The notes beneath the pieces were generated by a model, which saw only the letters and a list, made by a program, of their open reading frames with translations, had not been told where the DNA came from and made no database searches. A program made the translations under genes and the position numbers. Positions 57,619 to 64,000 of a DNA stretch of 64,000 nt are shown piece after piece; the stretch's first letter is position 1; every line of letters starts with the position of its first letter. This stretch comes from the human T2T-CHM13v2.0 reference genome, Homo sapiens, in assembly GCF_009914755.1 (NCBI RefSeq), contig NC_060927.1; one strand, given 5' to 3'.

Positions 57619-60600
57619 TCATTCAGCCATGATTGGATGCCTGGAGCAGACAATGTGATGGTAGAGGATTCCATAATTGAAGTTTTTTGCCAAAATGTTT
57701 TGGAATAACATTATAACCATAATAAAAATTTGTTGTCTCTTTCTTTTTAACTCATCAAAGTGTTGCTGCCGAGGTTGTAATCCTTTGGTAATCATAATCA
57801 TATGAGTGACTTTAATGCTGCATTTGATCCAAGGATTATATTCCATAATTTTGTCCTTTAATGTCTTTGCAGCTGAAAACATGTCAGCAAATTTTCGTAA
57901 TGTCCACATTGCTGATTCTGCTTCTGTTTTTTATTCTTCTTCGTATCCCTCTTCCTCTGTAGATGATTCAACAAGTTCTTCCAATTTCTTATTTGTTAAT
58001 ACTTCTTGATGGCCTTCAAAATGTTCTTCCACCTGAGCAAGTATGTTGGCAAATCCTTCTCCTGTGCTGCAGGAATTATTTTCCTAACTTTGCCATCAAC
58101 CTTCAGGAAGCTTTCACAATTTCACTCCATATGTTCTTTCAGCAGACATTTGCAGTTTTGGTTTTAATTCACCAATTACAACTTGATTAATATTATTGTG
58201 ACAGCAATAGTGAGTGATTTCCAGCACTCCATAATGTCCAGATTAGAGTCTGCATCAATTGCTAATTGAATTCAATCAAATACTGAGCAGGTTTATGTGG
58301 CCTTGACAGACTAGATGATACCCTGGTCAAGGGGCTGAAGCAATTAGGTTGTATTTGGAGGTAAAAATGCAACATCAACATTTTCATTTTTGTAGCAAAT
58401 ATTCAGGATGGTTCAGTGCATTCCCTATTATTAAAAAGACTTTAAATTCCAATCCTTTATCTTCCAAGTATTTTTCACTTCCAGGATGAAGCATTGGTGG
58501 AACCATTCCATAAACAATATGGCTATCATTCATGCATTCTGATTATGTTACCATAACATGGGCAAATAATTTTTGGTTTTGGCATTGGTTTTGGATCTTT
58601 GCTTTGTACACTATGCCCAGCTTTATCACATGCCTTGCAGTATTGCCACACAGTACCAGAGTTAATCTGTCCTTCCATGTTTTATCACCTGATGCCTTTT
58701 TTGGACTTTTATGAATGTAGGTGCTATTGGTCATCTTCTTCCAGCAGAGCCAGGTTTCATCACAATTGAAGATTTGCTTTGGATGGTATCCTTTCTCCTT
58801 AATCAATTCCTTTAAATCTGCTGGAAATGTGCAGCTTCTTCATCTGCAGATACAGCCTCTTCAGTAATTTTTATATTTTCAGGTTCAAACCTATTCCTGA
58901 ATCTGTATAATTATCTCTTACTTGTAGTAAATGGCTTGGTGTCACTCATTTCAAAGAATCCCTTGCTGAAGTCTTTATATAGGCTGAATGGGCCCAAGTA
59001 CAACAGGTTGCCTTCAATCAGTATATGTTTTATTTTTTGCTCATGACTTCCACCCACAATTTAAGGCCTTTTCCATCATAACTAAGCACTTATCATGCAC
59101 TGTGCCCATAAATTTTTCAGTTTGAGTAGCAAGAGCAAAACTAGCACAATTTTCTTTTTTCTATTTCACGATTTCATGTATAGAAAATTTATTATTACTG
59201 TATTAGTCAGTTCTCAGGCTGCTGATAAAGAGATACCCAAGACTGGGAAGTAAAAGAGGTTTTATGGACTTACAGTTCTGCGGGGCTAGGGAGGCCTCAC
59301 AATCATGGCAGAAAGCAGGAAGGAGCAAGTCACATTTTACGTGGATGGCTGCAGGCAAAGAGAGAGCTTGTGCAGGGAAATTCCCATTTTTAAAACCATC
59401 AGATCTCTTGAGACTCATTCACTATCACAAAAACAGTCCAAGAAAGACCTGCTCCCATAATTCAATCACCTCCCACCAGATTCCTCCCATGACACATGGG
59501 AATTGTGGGAGTAACAATTCAAGATGAGATTTGGGTGGGAACACAGCCAAACCATACCATTCCACCACAGGCCCTCCCAAATCTCATGTACCCACACTTC
59601 GAAACAAATCATGCCTTCCTAACAGCCTCCCAAAGTCTTAACTCATTTCAGCATTAACTCAAAAGTCCACAGTCCAGCGTCTCATCTGAGACAAGGCAAG
59701 TCCCTTCCACCTATGAGCCGGTAAAATCAAAAGCAAGTTAGTTAATTCCTAGTTACAATGTGGGTACAGGCACTGGGTAAATAGGGCCATTCCAAATGGA
59801 AGAAATTGGCCAAAGCAAAGGGGCTACAGGCCCCATGCAAGCCAAAAATCCAGTGGGACAGTCAAATATTAAAGCTCCAAAATGATCTCCTTTGACTCCG
59901 TGTTTCACGTCCAGGTCACGCTGATGCAAGAGGTGAGTGCCCATGGTCTTGGGCAGCTCTGCCCCTGTAGCTTTCCAGGATACAGCCTCCCTCCCAGCTG
60001 CTTTCACAGGGTGTGTGGCTGTGTGTGGCTTCTCCAGGCGCATAGTGCAAGCTATCAGTGGATCTACCATTCTGGGGTCTGGAGGATAGTGGCCCTTCTC
60101 TCACAGCTCCACTAGGCAGTGCCCCATTAGGAACTCTACGTGGAGGCTCTAACCACATATTTTCCTTCCACACTGCCCTAGCAGAGGTTCTCCAGGAGAT
60201 CCCTGGCCCTGCAGCAACCTTCTGTCTTTATATAAATGTCTTTATATTCAGGCATTTCTATATATTCTCTGAAATCTAGACAGAGGTTCCCAAACCTCAA
60301 TTCTTGACCTCTGTCCACCCAGAGGCTCAAAACCATGTGGAAGCTGCCAAGGCTTGAGACTAGCAGCCTCTGAAGCCATGGCAAAAGCTCTACATCAGCT
60401 CCTTTCAGCCACGGCCGGAGCGACTGGGAAGCAGGACACAAAGTCCCTAGGCTGCACACAGCATGGGGACTCTGGGCCTGGCCCACAAAACCACTTTTTC
60501 TTCCTAGGCCTCTGGGCTTGTGATGGGAGGGGCTGCTGTGAAGACCTCTGACATACCCTGGAGACATTTCCTCCTTTGTCTTTGGGATTATCATTCATCT

Positions 60601-61680
60601 CCTCGTTACTTCTGCAAATTTCTGCAACTGGCTTGAATTTCTCCTCAGAAAATGGAATTTTCTTTTCTATTGCATTATGAGGCTACAGATTTTCCAAATT
60701 TTTATGCTCTGTTTCCCTTTTAAAACTGAATGCCTTTACCAGCACCCAAGTAATATTTTGAATACATTGCTGCTTAGAAACTTCTTCCACCAGACACCCT
60801 AAATCATCTTTCTCAAGCTCAAAGTTCCACAAATCTCTAGGGTAGGGGCAAAATGCTGCCAGTCTCTTTGCTAAAACATAATGAGAATCGCCATTGTTCC
60901 AGTTCCAACAAGTTCCTCATTTCTATCTGAGACCACCTTAGCCTGGACTTTATTGTCCATATCGCTATCAGCATTTTGGGCAAAGCCATTCAAGAAGTCT
61001 CTGGGAAGTTCCAAACTTTCCCATATTTTTCTGTCTTCTTCTGAGCCCTCCAAACTCTTCCAACCTCTGCCTGTTACCCAGTTCCAAAGTCACTTCCACA
61101 TTTTCTGGTATCTTTACAGCAATGCCCCACTCTACTGGTACCAATTTACTGTATTAGTCTGTTCTCATGCTGCTGATAAAGACATTCCCAAGACTGGGAA
61201 GAAAAAGAGTTTTAATGGACTTAGAGTTCCACATGGCTGAGGAGGCCACACAATCTTGGGGGAAAGCAAGGAGGAGCAAGTCATATCTTACGTGGTTGGT
61301 AGCAGACAAAGAGAGAGCTTGTGCAGGGAAACTCCTGTATTTAAAACCATCAGATCTCATGAGACTCATTCACTTTCATGAGAACAGCTCAGGAAAGACC
61401 CACTCCCATAATTCAATCACCTCCCACCAGGTTCCTCCCACAACATGTGAGAATTGTGGGAGTTACAATTCAAGATGAGATTTGGGTGGGGACACAGCCA
61501 AACCATGTTAATTACCTTAGATCTTACCAACCTCAGCATACAACTTTTTTCTTTTTTTTTTTTCTTTTTTGCTTTCCTTAATTCAAGAGACTTCATCTTT
61601 TTACTTAAAGGAAGCACAATACAGTTTCTCTTTAGTGTATCCAAGTTGTCAGCATCATTACTCTTGTGCTTTGAGGCCAT
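57619..61680 (-). pseudogene. Tigger7 transposase remnant (HTH N-terminus plus DDE domain), disrupted
   Basis: 61417-61680 MASKHKS...KRNCIVLPLSKK (N-terminus); 58543-58806 KGYHPKQIFNCDETWLCWKKM...KDRLTLVLCGN (pogo DDE motif). Confidence 0.82.
59199..61510 (-). mobile_element. Complete THE1 (C-like) MaLR provirus: 3'LTR 59199-59559, internal 59560-61149, 5'LTR 61150-61510
   Basis: Two homologous ~360-bp LTRs, THE1-int sequence between them, 5-bp TSD attac (59194-59198, 61511-61515). Confidence 0.93.
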
Positions 61681-62150
61681 TATTAATTAAAATAAGGGCT
61701 AATTGAACAGAACACAGTGATACAGTGATACTCAACAAGCTGGGCAGTAAGTGACTAATAGGCAGGTGGTGTGCACAGCAAGAATATGCTGAACAAAGCA
61801 ATGATTCACATTCCAGTTAGGACAGAGTGGGATGGTGTGAGATTTTATCACACAATTCAGAACTGTGTGCAATTTAAAACTTATGAAGTGGTATTATTAG
61901 CATTTTCCATTTAATATTTTCAGACCACAGTTTGCTGAAGGTATCTGAAACCACTGAAAGTGAGGCTATGGATAAGGGATACTACTGTATTATGAGACAA
62001 GGATGATTATCAAAAGGCCAGATTTAGAAGCAGAATATCAAGAATTCAATTGGGGATATGATAGGTTTGAGATGTCCATTGTAGATCTAAGTGGAGATGT
62101 GGAGTAACAGTTGAGTATATAAACTGAAATTTGAGCTAGGTGTAATCTCT

Positions 62151-64000
62151 TGCATTACTCCATTCTCAAATGGCTATAAAGAAATACCTGAGACTGGGTA
62201 GTTTATAAAGAAAACAGGTTTAATTGACTTACAGTTCTGCAGATTGTAAAGGAGACATGGCTGGGAGACCTCAGGAAACTTAACAGTTACAGCAGAAGGA
62301 GAAGGAGAGGCAAGTATGTCTTACAATGGCAAAGCAGGAGAGAGAACAAAGGGGGAAAGGCTACACACTTTTAAACCACAAGATCTTGTGAAAACTCACT
62401 CAGTATCTTGAGAACGACAAGAGGAAAATCTGCCCCCATGATTCAATCACCTCCCATGAGACCCCCTCCTCTAAAACATGGGAATGACAATTTGACATGA
62501 GAATTGTGTGGGGACACAGAACCAAACCATATCATTCCACCATGGCTCCTCCCAAATCTCATGTCCTTCTCACATTTCAAAACAGAATCATGCCTTCCCA
62601 ATAGTCCCCCAGGTCTTAACTCATTTCAGCATTAACTCAAAATCCAAGTCCAAAGTCTCATCTGAGACAAAGCAAGTCTCTTCTGCCTATGAGCCTGTAA
62701 AATAAAAAACAAGTTAGTTACTTCAAAGATACAAGGGGGGTAGAGGCATTGGGTAAATTTCTCCCATTCCAAAAGGGAGAAATTGGCCAAAACAAAGGGG
62801 GGTTACAGGCCCCATACAAGTCCAAAACCAAGCAGGAAACTCATTAAATCTTAAAGCTCCAAAATAATCTCCTTTCAGTCCATGTCTTACATCCAGGGCA
62901 TGCTTATGTAAGGGGTGGGCTCCTACGGCCTTGGGCAGCTCTTCCCCTATGGCTCTTCAGGGTACAGCCACCACAGCTGCTTTCACAGGATGGTGTTCGG
63001 TGCGTATGGCTTTTCCAGACACATAGTGCAAGCTGTTGGTTGAACCATCATTCAGGAATCTGAAGGACAGTGGCTCTCTTCTCACAGCTCTACTAGGCAC
63101 TGCCCCAGTGGGGAGTCTGCATGGAGGCTCCAACCTCACATTTCCCCTCTGCACTGCCCTAGTAGAGGTTCTTCATGAGGTCTCCACCCTTGCAGCAGAT
63201 TTCTATCTGGATATGCAGGTGTTTCTGTACATCCTATGAAATCTAGGCAAAGGCTCCCAAACTCCAACTCTTGCCTTCTGCACACCACAGGCCCAACACC
63301 ATGTGGAAGCTGCCAAGGCTTGGGACTTGCCCCCTCTGAAGTCATGACCCAAGCTGTACCTTGGTCCCTATTAGCCATGGCTGGAGTTGGAGTGGCTGGG
63401 ACACAGGGTGCCATGTCCCAAGGCTGTACAGAGCAACGGGGCCTTGGGCCTGGCCCCAGAAAATGGGATTTTCTTTTCTACCACATGGTCAGGCTCTGTT
63501 TGTGAGCACATATAACTGAATGCTTTCAGCATCAACCAGGTCAACTCTTGAATGCTTTGCTGCTTAGAAATGTCTTCTACCAGATACCCTAAATCTTCTC
63601 TTTAAGTTCAAAGTTCCATAGATCCCTAAAGCAGGGGTACAATGCTGCCAGTCTCTTTGCTAAAGCATAGCAAGAGTGACCTTTACTCAAGTTCCCAATA
63701 AGTTCCCCATCTCCACCTAAGACCACCTCAGCCTAGACATCACTGTCCATATCACTATTAGCATTATGGTCACAGCCATTCAACAAGTCTCCAGGAAGTT
63801 CCAAACATTTCCTCATCTTCCTGTCATTTTCTTATCTCTCTGAACTGTTCCAACACTTCCCCATTATCCAGTTCCAACGTCACTTCTACATTTTCAGGTG
63901 TCTTTATACTCCACTCTCGGTACAAATTTTCTGTAATAGTTCTTACTCACCTTGCTAAAAGAACTGTCTGAGACTGGGTAGTTTATAAAGAAAAGAGGTT
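62151..64000 (-). mobile_element. MSTA-type MaLR provirus: LTR 62151-62534, internal 62535-63931, second LTR from 63932 (cut by window end)
   Basis: gagactgggtagtttataaagaaaa occurs in both LTRs; internal region homologous to the THE1-int upstream. Confidence 0.88.

Larger units (their letters stand above)
57203..61987 (-). mobile_element. Full-length Tigger7 (MER44 family) DNA transposon interrupted by THE1
   Basis: TIR-like ends tagtatcctcctttatcc / ggataagggatactactg with TA flanks; pogo-type transposase remnants inside. Confidence 0.88.
56365..62150 (-). mobile_element. L2 (antisense), segments 56365-57200 and 61990-62150, split by Tigger7
   Basis: attcaacaaagatttattgagtgtctattat tail; ggatcactctgtctgctgtgtggat; resumes with ggtttgagatgtccattgtagatctaagtggagatgt. 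Confidence 0.75.

Noticed and set aside
57619-58806. Possible domesticated TIGD/CENP-B-like transposase gene
   Set aside because: Multiple stops and frameshifts, a THE1 insertion and retained TIRs show a dead Tigger7.
59753-63505. Many 65-138 aa ORFs in GC-richer sequence
   Set aside because: Decayed THE1/MST internal regions; no intact long ORF.

Overview
AT-rich primate genomic DNA, probably human or great ape given the AluY, LTR2 and LTR17 copies. It is dominated by interspersed repeats, and no protein-coding gene or intact ORF can be supported: the listed ORFs are L1, Alu, MaLR or Tigger remnants, simple repeats or chance ORFs. The window holds a near-full-length degenerate L1PB-type element with nested Alu, L1 and MST insertions, a 3.5-kb L1PA, about ten Alus and at least six solo ERV LTRs (five with clear TSDs). 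It also has a complete THE1 provirus inside a full-length Tigger7 inside an L2, an MSTA provirus, several DNA-transposon relics and a tailless U2 snRNA retrocopy. Most notable: (1) a solo ERV1 LTR (10444-11361) with a strand-specific GA-to-AA signature typical of APOBEC3 hypermutation plus a later perfect 59-bp duplication; (2) a ~370-bp local inverted duplication (23536-24172 vs 24883-25249) that includes non-repeat flank; (3) several short template-switch hairpin scars; (4) a cluster of LTR2/LTR17/LTR30 promoter-type LTRs. I found no evidence of a new gene system. Repeat subfamily names come from recalled consensus sequences, not a database search, and boundaries of old elements are approximate.
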